Positions 39,785-56,200 of a DNA stretch of 64,000 bases are shown here, one piece after another. The stretch is from the NCBI RefSeq assembly GCF_009914755.1, contig NC_060929.1. One strand, written 5' to 3'. The position numbers and the translations under genes are program-made. This DNA comes from the human T2T-CHM13v2.0 reference genome, Homo sapiens. Within the stretch, counting starts at the first letter, position 1. The number at the start of each line of letters is the position of its first letter. A model generated the notes under the pieces. The model did no database searches. It had not been told where the DNA came from and saw only the letters and a list, made by a program, of their open reading frames with translations.

Positions 39785-41610
39785 TTTCTGAGAGTGTTTT
39801 CTTTTTAAGTATTGGCATTGTTTATGGCTCTGACTAAATGTTCCTTTGGTCTTTGGGATTATACACTTTTTAGTCTGTAGGAGATAATTAATTGCAGTTA
39901 AATTTCTTCTTCACAGAGGGGACAGTGAAGTCTTTGATTCCCTGCATTGGTGAATATGAATGAAGGTGCTTCTCAGAGCCATGCATTAGAACTCTATCAC
40001 AATATATCTACATGTTTACAAGTTACATAAATTCTTTCCTTCCTGATAGCCATCCAAGTTAGCACATCACAACTCAAGGATTCTTCTTAAATTCCCCATG
40101 ACAGGCTCAGCACTCAAAGCAATAGCTATTTGCAGTTTGGTGCATTTTAAACCTGAAAGCTGGGGTTCTAGATATAAATAGCATACACAGTTGGACAACG
40201 GCATTACCATCAGGGTGAGATCACTTCCAGGAAAACACTGAAATATAGCAATGGGAATAACATCTGGCCTTTCAACAGTTGTGTTTGATTTAGACTTGGA
40301 CATCATACTTGGAATAGATGCTGTATTTATTAATGACCTCAGTTTCCATGCAACTCACTCATCTTAACTCAAAAAAGCAAGACCTCTGCAGCCTATTCAT
40401 TAAAAGTAGTATGTTTAGGGTATGGGTGCAATTATAAAGCCAAGTCAAGTAAATAAACTTGCCTGTTTCTCCCTGACCCATTCAATCCCCCCTCATACTA
40501 CACAAAAGGAATATAGGCAAAGAGGAGTCCTTGGGAGTAAAATCTGTCTTTTTCTATGTTGACGATTGTCTGGGTCTGAGGGAAAAATCCATTAAACAAG
40601 ATCAAAATCCCCCTTTATTTTAATATCTAGGTAACATTTTTATCTCTCTTGTGTAGCAATAGAATCTTCGTCCTCCCTTTATTTTATTTTATTTTTTTCT
40701 GGGCACATGGCAACTGAAATAAAGACTCCATTCTCAAATTTTTGTTGAGCTAGGTGTGAAAGTAACTAAGTTCTGGCTACTGAGATATAAGCAGAAATAG
40801 TACCTGCAGATTCTACAAAGGGTTTTTTAAAGGGAGGTTGTGAATCCCCTCGCTTCCTTTTTTCTCCTTCCTGTGATTGGGATGTGTTTCAATGGCTAGA
40901 AATTTGAGCAGGCATTTGGACAGGAGATCGCCTTAAAAATGGAAGATATATATAGTGGAATAACAAGGTAGAAAGAGCCTGTGTCTTTGACACCATGGAG
41001 GGTCTTAATAGTTCTAGACAGGGAACTTCCAGACTATTATGAGAAACAGTACACAAACAGTAATGTGCATAAAATGAAAATGTACAGTTCGATGATTTAT
41101 CAAAAAGGAAAGCTCTATGTAACTACCACTTGGTCAGTGTTTTGTAAATATTCCATGTGCATCTTTTACATTTTTGGTATGCAATGTAGAAAATGTGTCC
41201 ATTCTGTCAGTTTGCTAATCACGTTGTTTATATTTTCTATATCTCTACTGGATTTTTGTTTATTTGTTCTGTCAGTTGTTGAAATAGTTGTGTAACAATT
41301 TCCCACTATGATTGCACATTTCTGTTTCTGTTAGTGTTGGAAACTTGATTCATGCATTTATATTTTGAGGCTCTTTTATTAGATGCATGCAATTTTAGAA
41401 TAGTGACATCATCCTCTGAGTTGAATAATTTAGCTTTTTGTAATGTCACTATTTATCTCTGATAATGCAGTCTACCTTAAAGTCCTTTATCTTTGAATAT
41501 TAACCTAGTGGTTTCCCTGTTATCTTTTTCAACCCTTTATTTACAATCTTTCTGTGTCTCTGTGTTTTAGACACAGCTCTTGTAAACGGTATATATTTTA
41601 GTTTTGCATT

Positions 41611-41901
41611 ATTTATTTATTTATTTATTTTTGAGAGAGGGTGTCAGTCTGTCACCTAGGCTGGAGAGCAGTGGCGTGATCTCAGCTGACCATCTGGGCT
41701 CAAGTGATCCTCCCACCTCAGCCTCCTGAGTGCTGGAACTAAAGGCGTGCACCACTATGCCTGGCTAATTTTTGTATGTTTTGTTGAGATGGGGTCTCAC
41801 TGTGTTCCCCAGGCTAGTCTCGAACTCCTGAGTTTAAGCGATCTGCCTGCCTTGGCCTCCCAAAGTGTTGGGATTACAGGTGTGAGCTACTGTGCCTGGC
41901 C
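41611..41901 (-). mobile_element. AluJ
   Basis: Reverse diverged dimer with (TTTA)n tail. TSD agttttg(c/t)att. Confidence 0.88.
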
Positions 41902-41957
41902 TAGAGTTTTGTATTTTTTTATCAAGTCACATAATCTTGGTCTCCTAAATAGAACAT

Positions 41958-42308
41958 TGCTATGGTTTGAATGTGTCCCTCAAAATTCATGTATTGGAAA
42001 CTTAATCCCTAATACAACAGTGTTGGGATATGGGGCCTAATAGGAGGCAGAGTCCTCATGAGTGGATTAATTCCGCTACAAAAAGGGCTTGCAGAAGTGG
42101 GTTTGGACTCTTCTGCTATGTGAGGACTTGCACTTGTTCAAGTTGCCATCTTGGGAGCAAAGACTGGGCCCTCATCAAACAACTGAACCTGCTGGCACCT
42201 TAATCTTGGACTTCCCAGCCTCCAGAGCTGTGAGAAATAAATTTCTGTTCTTTATAAATTACTTCACCTTTGCTATTCTATAATAGCAGCACAAAATTGG
42301 CTAAGACA
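41958..42308 (+). mobile_element. MST-type MaLR LTR
   Basis: tgctatggtttgaatgtgtcc...ggacttcccagcctccagagctgtgagaaataaatttctg...ctaagaca. Confidence 0.85.
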
Positions 42309-42974
42309 CATGTAGTCTGTTTCAGCCAGCCTGCAGAAGCAGAATGCATCCCTATCCAAAATTTGGTTTGAATGTTGAAACTGATGACACCATACATACA
42401 CACCAAGAAGGTTAAAGGTTTACTACTTATATAATTAAGGTTGTCTGGAAGAAGAGGTCAATCTTGGAAGATCGGTTAGAATCTCAACCAATCACTTAAC
42501 CTGTGATATGTAGACCAGCCTCATTGACATAATCTCAAAACATTTTTTAAAATAAAACTTTAATTTTAGAATAGACTAGCTTTAGATTTACAGAAAAGTT
42601 GCAAACATAGCTCAGATACATTTTTATTAACTGAAGTCCATACTTTACTCGTATTTCCTTAGTTTTTACCTAGTGTCCTCTTTCTGTAGGGCAGCTTTTC
42701 AGAAATGCAAAATCTTAGGCCCCACCACAGACTTAGTGAATCTGAATTGTATTTTAATAAGATCCTCAAATGATTTTAAAGACATTAAAGTTTGAGAAGT
42801 GTTGGTTAACAAAAGAAAAATTTTCGGAAGGAAGCATAGAGAGAAAAAAAGAATAAAAAATATGGAAGAAAACGTAAAGAAGCAAAGTGAAAGCAATGAG
42901 ACTCATGTCTTACATGAGTGTAGTTGGAGTCCCCAAAGCGGATTAGAGAGAAAATAGATTGGTAGCAATACTTT

Positions 42975-45678
<2,704 letters not shown>

Positions 45679-46567
45679 CTAATAAGAGATATCAAAGCAC
45701 AGATTCTAAAGCTCTAGGAACCCTAAAGAGAAATAAGAGGAAATCCACACTTAGGCACATAAGAAAATCTATTAAAAACCAGAGACAAAAGCAAGCAAAC
45801 AAAACTTGTAAGTGCAGCCAAAATTAAGTAAAAACAGACTAAAAGTAGCCACTATTAGACTGACAGCTGTCTTCAAAATAGAAATAATGGGAGCCAAAAT
45901 GTATTGGAATTATATCTTCAGAGTGCTGAAAAAATATAACCGCTAATCTGGAATCCTATAGCTACCAATAAATGTTTTTAAGAAGTGGTGACATGATAAA
46001 TTTCAGAGAAACAAAAAATGAGAGAATTTGTCTCCAGAAGTCTTTCACTAAAGGAAATGTTGAAAAGCATCTTTCTAGGAGAAGGAAAGATTCCTTCTGA
46101 AGAGGAATGGTTTGAAGATGGGTGTCTGGAGATGCAGAAAGAAACAAAGAATGATAAAAATTGAATATGTCTGAGTGAATCTAAATGATTTGCAACTGCA
46201 TAAAATAAAAATAATGTATTGTGGTGTTTAAAAGATATAACAATTAAAATACAAATAATAGCAGAGAGTTATATAAGTGTTTTATAAAATCATTGCATTA
46301 TCCCACATGAAACAAAAACACCAATTAATATTAAATTTTTGATAGGTTGTAATGCATGCCATAATCTCTAGGATGAATATTAAAGGAATGACTTAAAAAT
46401 CATATAAAACTCCCAATTAATAGAGGGGCAAGTGTAATATAGAAATAATCAAAAAGAGGGCAAGAAAGGAGGGACAAGGAAATGTAAAATAGGCAGGAAA
46501 ATAGCACCTAATAAGACGGTAAATTTAGAAGAAAATATATCATTCTTTACATTAAGTAATTTGTTCT

Positions 46568-46822
46568 GTGTAATAAGGAGTCTGACTCCACTTTCTGATG
46601 TTTGCTGGCAGTTTTTGAGCCTCACCCTTCCCTCTTCCCTTTCTTCTCCACATCTGGGAAAGCTGATAAGAAACCAGGGTCTTTCCTGCTTTGGCACCAA
46701 TAGGAGATTCAAATGACACAAGTCCCTTCCTGCATGGGACTCCTCACCCCAGATCAGTCCCTCAGCCACAGTCTCCTTTTCTGCTCTCTCAAGTCATTTT
46801 GAACCTTGAGAAGACTGACTAG
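46568..46822 (+). mobile_element. ERV1-class LTR fragment
   Basis: tgtaataaggagtctgactcca...ctgggaaagctgataagaaacc. Subfamily uncertain. Confidence 0.5.
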
Positions 46823-46837
46823 TTCTCTCTTCACTGA

Positions 46838-47330
<493 letters not shown>

Positions 47331-48577
47331 TTCTGATTCATTTTTATAATTTTTAGATCTCTGATAAAACTCTTAAGCTTCCCTTTTAATAACATAGTTA
47401 TTTTAAAGTCAGTGTGGTGACTCTAGCTTCTGAAATTCTTATGGGTCTGTTTCGTTTCTCTAGTTTGTCTTATTTTTTTCTCGGGTTGCCTTGTCTTTCA
47501 GTGGCCCTGGTTATTTTTAATCTTGTGGGGACGTTGTATTTACAAAATGTCTGTAGAAATAGAAGACTCATAGGAGGTTATAATTCCAGAGAGGATTGTG
47601 GATTGTGTTTCCTTTTGCCAGACTCCTAAGCCTTGCAACAAGCCAGGATGAGCTCAAAAGAACTTCAGAGATGGAGATGACTGAAAGCTGGGCTATGGTC
47701 CCTGCAAAGGCTTACCTAGTTCTGTTTCCCCCTACTGCTGGGGTGTAGCCCTTCAGTGCCTCTATCCTCTTCCAACTGGCAGGCCCTGGATTCTACTAGC
47801 TGAGCCCTAAGCTACAAGAACTATGTTAAGACTTTAAGTCTAAGCTGTGGGTTGGATCAATTCCACTAGAAACTACTGAGAAGAATGCTCATCTCTTATC
47901 CAAAATAATTCATCTAATTTTAGCAATATACTCCTTCTCTCCCCAAGTTCTCATAATGTGGAAGTCCCTTTACTCAGCCCGAGGACCAGTGACTTCAACC
48001 AAGAGATTCAAGAAGATCATAGGCTTTACTCTACACACGTGAGCTTTTAAGACAGAAAGCTAAGTCCAGCTATGTGATTCTCGCCTGGTAGTAGACATCA
48101 GAATCCTTGTAAGGGTGTTGAACATACATATGTCTGGGTCCCATCCCCAGAAATTTTGGAGTCAGGGTGTTCCCGCAAACTCCCTGGAGTGGTTTTGATG
48201 CAAGTGGTCCCTAGTCCGCATCTTATCAAGTCCTTTTATAATTGTGTACTGAACACAAGAACCCTAAACTAGCTGTAATTGGAGCAAGTTTTCATCTTGG
48301 TTCTTCCATCAGCTCGATCTGAGAAGCTGGGCAATTCACCGTGTGTCTCTGAGTCTCTTTCGCCGACTCACCACCACTTTCCCAAATGTTCTGTGAATGA
48401 ATGTAAGAAGTCAACAACCCTCACTATAGCCAGCCCTCAAACAGAAAGATTTGCTCTTTCAGTGTGCTTGTCTGCTGGCAAGTTCTAAGCTGAGATGCTC
48501 TGATATTTTTCTTATGCGTGAATGTCAATTAGGTTTATTCACAATAATATTCTTTGTGGCCAAGTGTGTGTTTTCTT

Positions 48578-50158
48578 AATTTTTAACTTTTGTGGGTACA
48601 TAGTAGCTGTATATATTTATGGGATACATTAGCTATTTTGATACAGGTATACAATGCATAATAATCACCTCAGGGCAAATAAGGCATCTATCCCCTCAAG
48701 TACCTGTCCCTTGTATTACAAAAAACCCAATTATACTCTTTTAGTTACTTTTTAAATGTACAATTAAATTATTATTGACTATAGTCACCCTGTTGTGCTA
48801 GCAAATACTAGGTTTTATTCATTCTTTCCATTATATTTTGTACCCATTAACCCTCCCATCACCGCACCCCCCACTACCCTTCTCAGCATCTAGTAACCAT
48901 CCTTCTACTCTGTAACTCGGTGGTTTCAGTTGATTTAAATTTTAACTCCCACACGTAAGTGAGAACATACAAAGTTTGTTTTTCTGTGTCTGGCTTATTT
49001 TGCTTAACATGGAACCTCCAATTCCATCCATGTTGCTGCAAATGACAGGATCTCATTCCTTTTAGAGCTGATAGTATTCCATTGTGTATATGAACCACAC
49101 TTTCACTATCCATTCATCTGTTGAGGGACACTTACGTTGCTTCCAAATCTTCACTATTGTGAATAGTGCTGCAATAAACATACAAGTGCAGACATCTCTT
49201 CAATATACTGACTTCCTTTATTTTGGGTATATGCCTATCAGTGAGATTGATTGCTGGATCATATGGCAGTTTTATTTTTAGTTTTTGGAAAACCTCCAAG
49301 CTGTTCTACATAGTGGTTGTACTAATTTACATTTCCGCCAACAGTGTACAAGGGTTCTCTTTTCCCCACATCCTCGTTAGCATTTGTTATTGCCTGTCTT
49401 TTTGATATAAACAATTTTAACTGGAGTGAGATGGTATCTCATTGTAGTTTAGATTTGTGTTTCTCTGATAATCAGTCATGTTGAACACCTTTTGATATAT
49501 CTGTTTGCCATTTGTATGTCTTATTTTTAGAAATGTCTATTCAGATCTTTTGCCCATTTTTAATTGGTTATTAGTTTTTTTTCCTATAGAGTTGTTGAGC
49601 TCCTTATATATCCTGGGGATTAATCTCTTGTCAGATGGGTAGTTTGCAGATATTTCCTCCCATACTGTGGGTTGTCTCTTCACTTTGTTGACTGTTTCCT
49701 TTGATGTGCAGAAGCTTTTTAACTTGATGTGATTCCATTTGTTCATTTTTGCTTTGGTCACCTGTGGCTGTGGGGTATTACTCAAGAAATCTGTGCCCAG
49801 ACCAATGTCCTGGAGAGTTTCTCCAATGTTTTCTTGTAGTAGTTTCATCATTTAAAGTATTGGATTTAAGTCTTTAATTCATTTTGATTTTAATTTTGAA
49901 TATGGCAAGAGGTAGGAGTCTACTTTCATTTTTCTGCATATAGATGTCCAGTTTTCCCAGCACCATTTATTGAACTGAAGGTTCTTTTCCCAATATATGT
50001 TCTTGGCACCTTTGTCAATAATGAGTTTACTGTAGATATATGGATTTGTTTCTAAATTCTCTGTTCTGTTTGATTGGTCTATGTGTCTGTTTTTATGCCA
50101 GTATCATGCTGTTTTAGTTACTGTAGCTCTGTAGTATAATTTGAAGTCAGGTAATGCC
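48578..50158 (-). mobile_element. L1MA 3' part (~1.6 kb)
   Basis: ORF 49537..49851 is ORF2-like ([16 protein letters not shown]...IKLKSFCT), followed by an L1MA 3' end. Confidence 0.88.
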
Positions 50159-50719
50159 ATGTGTGGTTTTAAGCCTTAAGGTCTCTCACCATTCAGGACC
50201 TGCACTGTCCCAGTGTCACAGCTCCTGAGAATGTGGAGTGCTGAGGAGTAGCACTTGCGACCCATTCGCTTATATTTGTTTGGAATCGTGTACACATCTC
50301 TGGCTGTCCAGGCACAGAGGACAGTCAGCTCTGGGAAGCTCTAATTATGACAAGGAGCTTAACTGATGAGGTTCTGGTTTCTGACCTTGGCCCCTTTTGA
50401 ATTCTCTATGATCTGGCGTCACCAAGTGGTTGAGAGTTGCCCAGAAATTGTTGTCAATTCACGGTGGCAAATAGAGATAAAGAAATAAAAGCACGTTACA
50501 TTTTCCTATTCCTTGCTCTATGCATGATTTATCATTAAGGAGAGTCGTTTATAAAAGAAAGCATTTATTTAGGTTTTGATGAAGTCAGCTTTTTGGAGGT
50601 TAAATATAAAAGAAGAAAGAAAAGGATAATGCAAGTAAAAGTGAACTGCTCATCACAGCTGGTTGTGGAGGTTGAGAAGTTGGTATCTAACTAAGTTAGA
50701 GGGCATAGTTGAGAAAATG

Positions 50720-51480
50720 CGAATATTTATTAAGCCCCTGCTCTGTGCCAGGCCCTGTGCTAGGAGCTGAGGATTAAGTGGTTACTCAACAGCAGCACCT
50801 GCCCTTCCCTTGTGGAGCTTAGGTTCCAGGCCAAGAGCCCTGGACTCAGCAGTGTGATTATGTGCTTAATGTCTCCGTTAGGAACTTGGGGAAGTACCAT
50901 AAAGAAAAAGAAGGTGGTTCTATCTTAGCGCATAATGAGGGGACCTGGCCTAGGCCAAGGGTCAGGGAAGGCTTCTCTGAAGAAGTGATGCCTGAGCCAA
51001 GATCTGAAAGACGGGCTGGGGCGCTGGAGGTGCTGAGGGTGCTGGAGGTGCTGGAGGTGCTGGGGGTGCTGGAGGTGCTGAGGGTGCTGGAGCAGCGCCA
51101 GGGGAAAGGAGAGCCAGGCAGTCCAGGCACAGGGCGCAGCAGGCACCACGGCCCTGCAAGAAGACAGCCAGTGTGCCCCGAGGGACTGAGACAGAGCAGA
51201 AAATGTGGCGTCAGAGGAGCCGGAGGTGGGGCCAGGGGTGGGGAAGAGCAGAGAAGCCCACCCCGTAGGACTGCACACAGCGTAGGAAAAATGCTGAATT
51301 CTGTCTTAGAATAAAAGGGGAACCCACTGAAGGCGTATGGGCGGAGTGAAGCCACTGCAGCCGCAGTGAGGAGAAGAGAAGGGAGACTGGTGAATCAGGG
51401 CCAAGGAAGGGCCATGAGGGGCGTTTGGGAATCCGCGGCTGGGCTCAGCCTGGCAGCGGAAGTGGAGAGCAGTGGGCAGA
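50720..51480 (-). mobile_element. LINE-2 fragment containing a minisatellite
   Basis: atatttattaagcccctgctctgtgccaggccctgtgctagg; gggtcagggaaggcttctctgaagaagtgatg. Confidence 0.7.
51021..51092 (+). repeat. 9-bp tandem repeat (GTGCTGGAG)x8
   Basis: Units gcgctggag, gtgctgagg, gtgctggag and gtgctgggg. Confidence 0.92.
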
Positions 51481-52779
51481 TGGCAGGGGCTTTAGGGAGG
51501 CCATGCAGGCAGCAAATCCCCAGGAGCACTTGTCGCCCCTGTGCTGCACTCCCTTGTAGTCTCTCCGTCACAGTCGGGCAGGGAGCATCAGACAGATATC
51601 TGGAGTCCTGACAGCCTCTCTCAGCAGCCAAACGCACAATTCAGAATTGTCAGTTCCCAAAGAGGCCTCCAAAGTGAGCGCAGAGAAGATATTGTCATTC
51701 AGCACAACACCGGTGTGTGAAGACACCAAAGGCTGCTCAGCAGCCCCCTGAAAGTGGCGCCTTGGGGTGACGAGGCTGCTGGCTCTTAGTGCCAGTCCAG
51801 GTGCAAGGAGAGCTGCCCCCACCTTCTGTGTGTGCCACAGTCTCCTCCCTCTCTGCCCTCTGCCCCACGTTGTATCACCTCACCTTTTCTAGCCTGAATA
51901 TGGAGGCTCCCGGAGCTAGGAAAGAGTTCAGTACCCCCCAGCTGTTTTCTAAGGCCGATTGTGTCTCCACCCCTCCCAGGCTTCTCCACTTTATGTTTCC
52001 TCTCTCTGCATTATGTTTTTAGGCAGCCTTTTCTCCGGATTTCCCATCCGCGCTGAGAACAAATGACATGCTGATGTGTTCAATCAGTGTCATACGTGGT
52101 AGCTTTGAGAGTAAGTGCCAGAATGTGTCAGGGAAGCTATGGGATGGTGGAAGGTATCCATGGCAATATTGCCCTGTTTAGCAAACATGTGAAGAAAATT
52201 TATGCTGAGATAATCAAAAAGTAACTTAGAGGTACACTTTGGTAGCTCCAAGTTCAAAACCAGTATTTTCCGCTGGTTGACTGCAAGGCAAAAATAATAC
52301 TCATGCACTTTGTGCCTTGAACTTTATGGCAATAGTGAAGCAGGCTTTCTCAGACCGGGATAATTATCACACTCTCACATGATTTTGAGGTGTATCCATA
52401 ACTCATGACAACGTCAAATTTCATTTAGAACAAGTCTACACACCGTTTCCCTGCAGTAAGGTGCCCCTTGGTAATATCTAGTTCATCAAATATTTCATTT
52501 TTATTGTTGTTTTTCTTGCAAGTTCTGCAAGTATTTTAAGCTATAAACATGTGAAATCCAAAAATGCTTACTTAATGCAATTAGTATTTATAAAGAGTTG
52601 AGTCCTTGGCCCTCCTGCTCTTCAGTGAAGTTCCCAGTGTTTCCAGCAGCAGGTGTCTCTGTATGTCTTGCTGCATTCAGAATTACCTAGAGTTGATGCC
52701 TCTTGTCTAAACTTGGCCCAAGAAAAAAGATTAAAAGCAATAGTGTGGTGCAATTTTCTGGCAGAAAACAGAAGGACTG

Positions 52780-53100
52780 GTATCTTAGTCTGTTTGTGCT
52801 GCTATAACAAAATGCCATAAGCCATAAACTGGTGACTTTCAAATAACAGAAATTTTATTTCTCACAGTTCTGGAGGCTAGGGAGTTCAAGATCCAGGTGC
52901 TGGCAGATTCACTGTCTGGTGAGGGCTCACCTCCTTGTTCATAGAATGGAGCCTTCTTGCTGTGTCCTCATGTGGTGGAAGGGGCAAGCAAGTTTCCTTG
53001 GGCCTCTTTTCTCATTCACAAGGGCTCCACCTTCATGACCTAATCACCTCCCAAAGGCCCCATCTACTAGTACTATCACATTGGGGAAACAAATTCAGAT
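52780..53100 (-). mobile_element. MLT1A/MST-type LTR
   Basis: tcttagtctgtttgtgctgctataacaaaatgcc...tttctcacagttctggaggctagg. Confidence 0.8.
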
Positions 53101-53795
53101 CACAGCCACTGGTTTTCCCTCTGGTTTTGACATGTATTGTAAATTCCATTTTGATGTACATAAAATATATCTAAACAAATTCAGCTTTGACATAGGGGTT
53201 ATCGGTTGCTCCAAACTTGTCTATCTAGGAATCATGTACTGCAAAGCTATGAAGATACCTCAGAGGATCTAAGTGTGGGAGCTTCCTAGGATGCAGAAGC
53301 ATGTAGGCCAACCAGCTTCCAATGGTAAATGCAGTAAGCGATCCATCTAAATGACAAAGGCAACATGGTCTAGCTTTGGCACTGACTCTTTTGAATCATG
53401 CACAAGTCTCTCTGTATAAAACTAGTTGATAATATCTAACCTGCTTTTCATGATTCTTGTAATTACCTCAACGAGAAAAGTGATTGTCCGATTCAAGGCA
53501 TGCTTGTCATTCTTCTTCATCTTATCATTCACTCCGCCACACTGAACCCCTGCTACTCTGAGGCAGTGTAAGCCAGGAGTTGGGGCTGCCGCTGCCTTTC
53601 TCCTGATGAACACCAATGGCGGGGCCTTCTGCACCCTTGGGCTCAGAGCAGGAAGAGAAGCGTGTCTTCTGTGTCTCCCCCTTCCTCAAGCCCCACACAC
53701 ACTCAGGGGGCACTTGGTACAGTCCCTGTTCTTCGGAGCACCCACCCCAAACCTCCCCTGAAATCAAAGATGGCTGCCCGACTAAGGAGGTGTTT

Positions 53796-53936
53796 TCAGT
53801 TATTCAGAACACCTAACCTCACTGAGACCAGCAGGGTTAAACAACCTGATTCTATGTCAGAACACCCTTCTCAGTTATTCAGAACACCTAACCTCATTGG
53901 ATCAGCAGGGTTAAACAAACTGATACTATGTCAGAA
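53796..53936 (+). repeat. Tandem duplication, 75-bp period
   Basis: tcagttattcagaacacctaacctca...cagcagggttaaacaa.ctgat.ctatgtcagaa at 53796 and 53871. Confidence 0.9.
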
Positions 53937-55799
53937 AATCTAATTGAGTCATTGTTTGGCTTAAGTCATTTCTCATCCATTTATCCACTAGACCTCCCAC
54001 AATGAACACTCTAGTTCTACGTCTTCATTTTCCAAGTTACAAAAGAAGAAGCAGAAGAAAATCTGGACTACGGCTCTTGAAGCTCTACTTGGTAACATGA
54101 AAGGGAGGATAAAAGCCAGGGAGCCAGAGGCCATCTGAAGCAGAACATCACCTACTTTATCTCAGAAGCACAGGCCTTTGTCTTCTGAATGACATTCTTC
54201 CTCCCTAGAAAATCATGTCTGGAAAATTCTTCCAAACAAGGCTCAAAACAATGACTTCAGATGAAACAGGCTCAAATGCATAAACACCAGCGAAACAGAG
54301 GATTTCGAAAATCTTTGCGTGTGTGCTGCCAACAAGTTCTTTTCTGTAATTCGTGGGATTTCAGGTTTAGCTCACATTTACCCCTTTCCTCGCAAATAAA
54401 AGTTTCTGAGGCTGCAAGCCCATGGGAGGCCACTGTCAAAGGCCCCAGGGAAGATCTCTACTACCAGCAAGAGGAGAAAGAGCTCAAGGCCACACTGACA
54501 GACAGACAGACATACAAGGTACTGTAAAGCTTTCTCCCTTGTGGCCCATTCCCCTCCTGTCCGGAAATGCCTGTGCACTCTGCTGAATGACTCATCCGAG
54601 ACCAGACAATAATAAAGCAATCACGTTTGTTGATTAAAAATCAGCCTATCTAGAATATAAATGTTCCTTTCAAGTAGCTCTATTACTCTATCTGTGAAGC
54701 ATGTGGGAAGTCTGCTCTGTGTCATTTTTCCATTAAAACGCAGTCCTAACAGGAGAATTCCAGCTACCCTGCAACATCTGCTCCAAATTTTCCTATGATT
54801 TATGTGACCATGAGGCCAGCTCCAAGTATACATATAAATAGGTTCTGCGAGGGATCTTGTCCTATATACAAGTAAAAGTAGAAAGATTGGTATTTAATTA
54901 CATCATCAAATTTGTTTTAGATCTTGGAATGTCACATTGTCAACCAGATGTCCATATATCCAAATTTATTATTTCATGTCAGTGAGACATAAGAGTGCTT
55001 TAGTTGTATATGTTCATTGTAATTAATTCTGAACATTTTACATAAGTTATTTCCATAACAACTGTGGGCAAGAGAGAAGAAGCAGATTCTAGTAACTAAC
55101 TCTGCTCTATAGCTGGGGAAACTCAGTGGCCCCACAGCAACTCAAACAACCAGCCCTCAATTCTTTTGACCCTTAGCTTACTTTTTAGTGCATAGTTTCA
55201 TCTCAAAGTTATAACATTTTTTAATAAAATAATAAGTAAGAGGAAATACTGTCGTATTTGATGGGGGAGGTTGCTAAATGATAATGACACTTGGATGTCA
55301 GGACATTCCATGTCAGAGTGGCCCTCTCCTTTTGCTGGGAATTTTCTGTCAGCACAGTCTGAGTACTGTGTTGGGGGTGGACTGCCAGGGCTCTGTGGTG
55401 CAAGTAAGGAGGCTGTGCCCCTATTCTAGGTAAGAGGCTGTAAGAGCTTGGATTTGGATGCTTGGGTGATGAAAGTGCAAATGAAGGACAAAGTCTTCTT
55501 CAAGGGAGATGTAGAAGGCAAAATTGAATGTACTTAAGGAGGATGAGGGTGAAGATGGTGAGAGAGGTGGCTCACAGGCTCTGGAATGGATGGTCCAACC
55601 ATTCTTTAAGATAGAAAACTCTGGGAGATACTGGGAGTTAGATCAAGAGTTCAACCTTAAACAAACTGACATGGTGCTGAAACTTCAAGTGGACATGTCA
55701 ACTATGAAAGTAGAGACAGGATGCTGTGCCTTACCCCCACTCACACTGGGTCAGCTCTGCTGTTTTCTGTGTGATAGGGTAGCATTTCATGTAAAGATT

Positions 55800-56200
55800 T
55801 GCTGTGGTTTGAATGTTTTTGTTCCTTCCAAAATCTATGTTGAAACATAATCCCCAATGCAACAGTATTGGGAGGTATGCCTTTGGGAGGTGATTAAGTC
55901 ACGAGGGCTCTGCCTTCATGAATAAGATTAGATACCCTTATAAAAGGGCTTGGCAGAAGGAGTTTGCCCCTTTTGCCCTTCCGCCTTCTGCCATGCAAAG
56001 ATAGCATACCTCGCCTCTGGAAGATGCAGTGCTCAAGGCACCATCTTGGGAGTGGGGAACAGCCCTCACCAGATACCAAACCTACCAGCACCTTGATCTT
56101 GGACTTCCCAGCCTCCAGAGCTGTGAGAAATACATTTCTATTGTTTATAAATTACCTAGCTTGTGGTGTTTTGTTATATTAGCACAAATAAAGTAAAACA
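55800..56200 (+). mobile_element. MST-type MaLR LTR
   Basis: tgctgtggtttgaatg...ggacttcccagcctccagagctgtgagaaatacatttc. Confidence 0.85.

Noticed and set aside
50858-51355. Overlapping 117-165 aa ORFs on both strands
   Set aside because: They are produced by a stop-free 9-bp repeat in a GC-rich L2 remnant.
53796-53936. Repeat-spacer pattern resembling a CRISPR array
   Set aside because: There are only two units, no unique spacers and no cas genes, and the context is eukaryotic.
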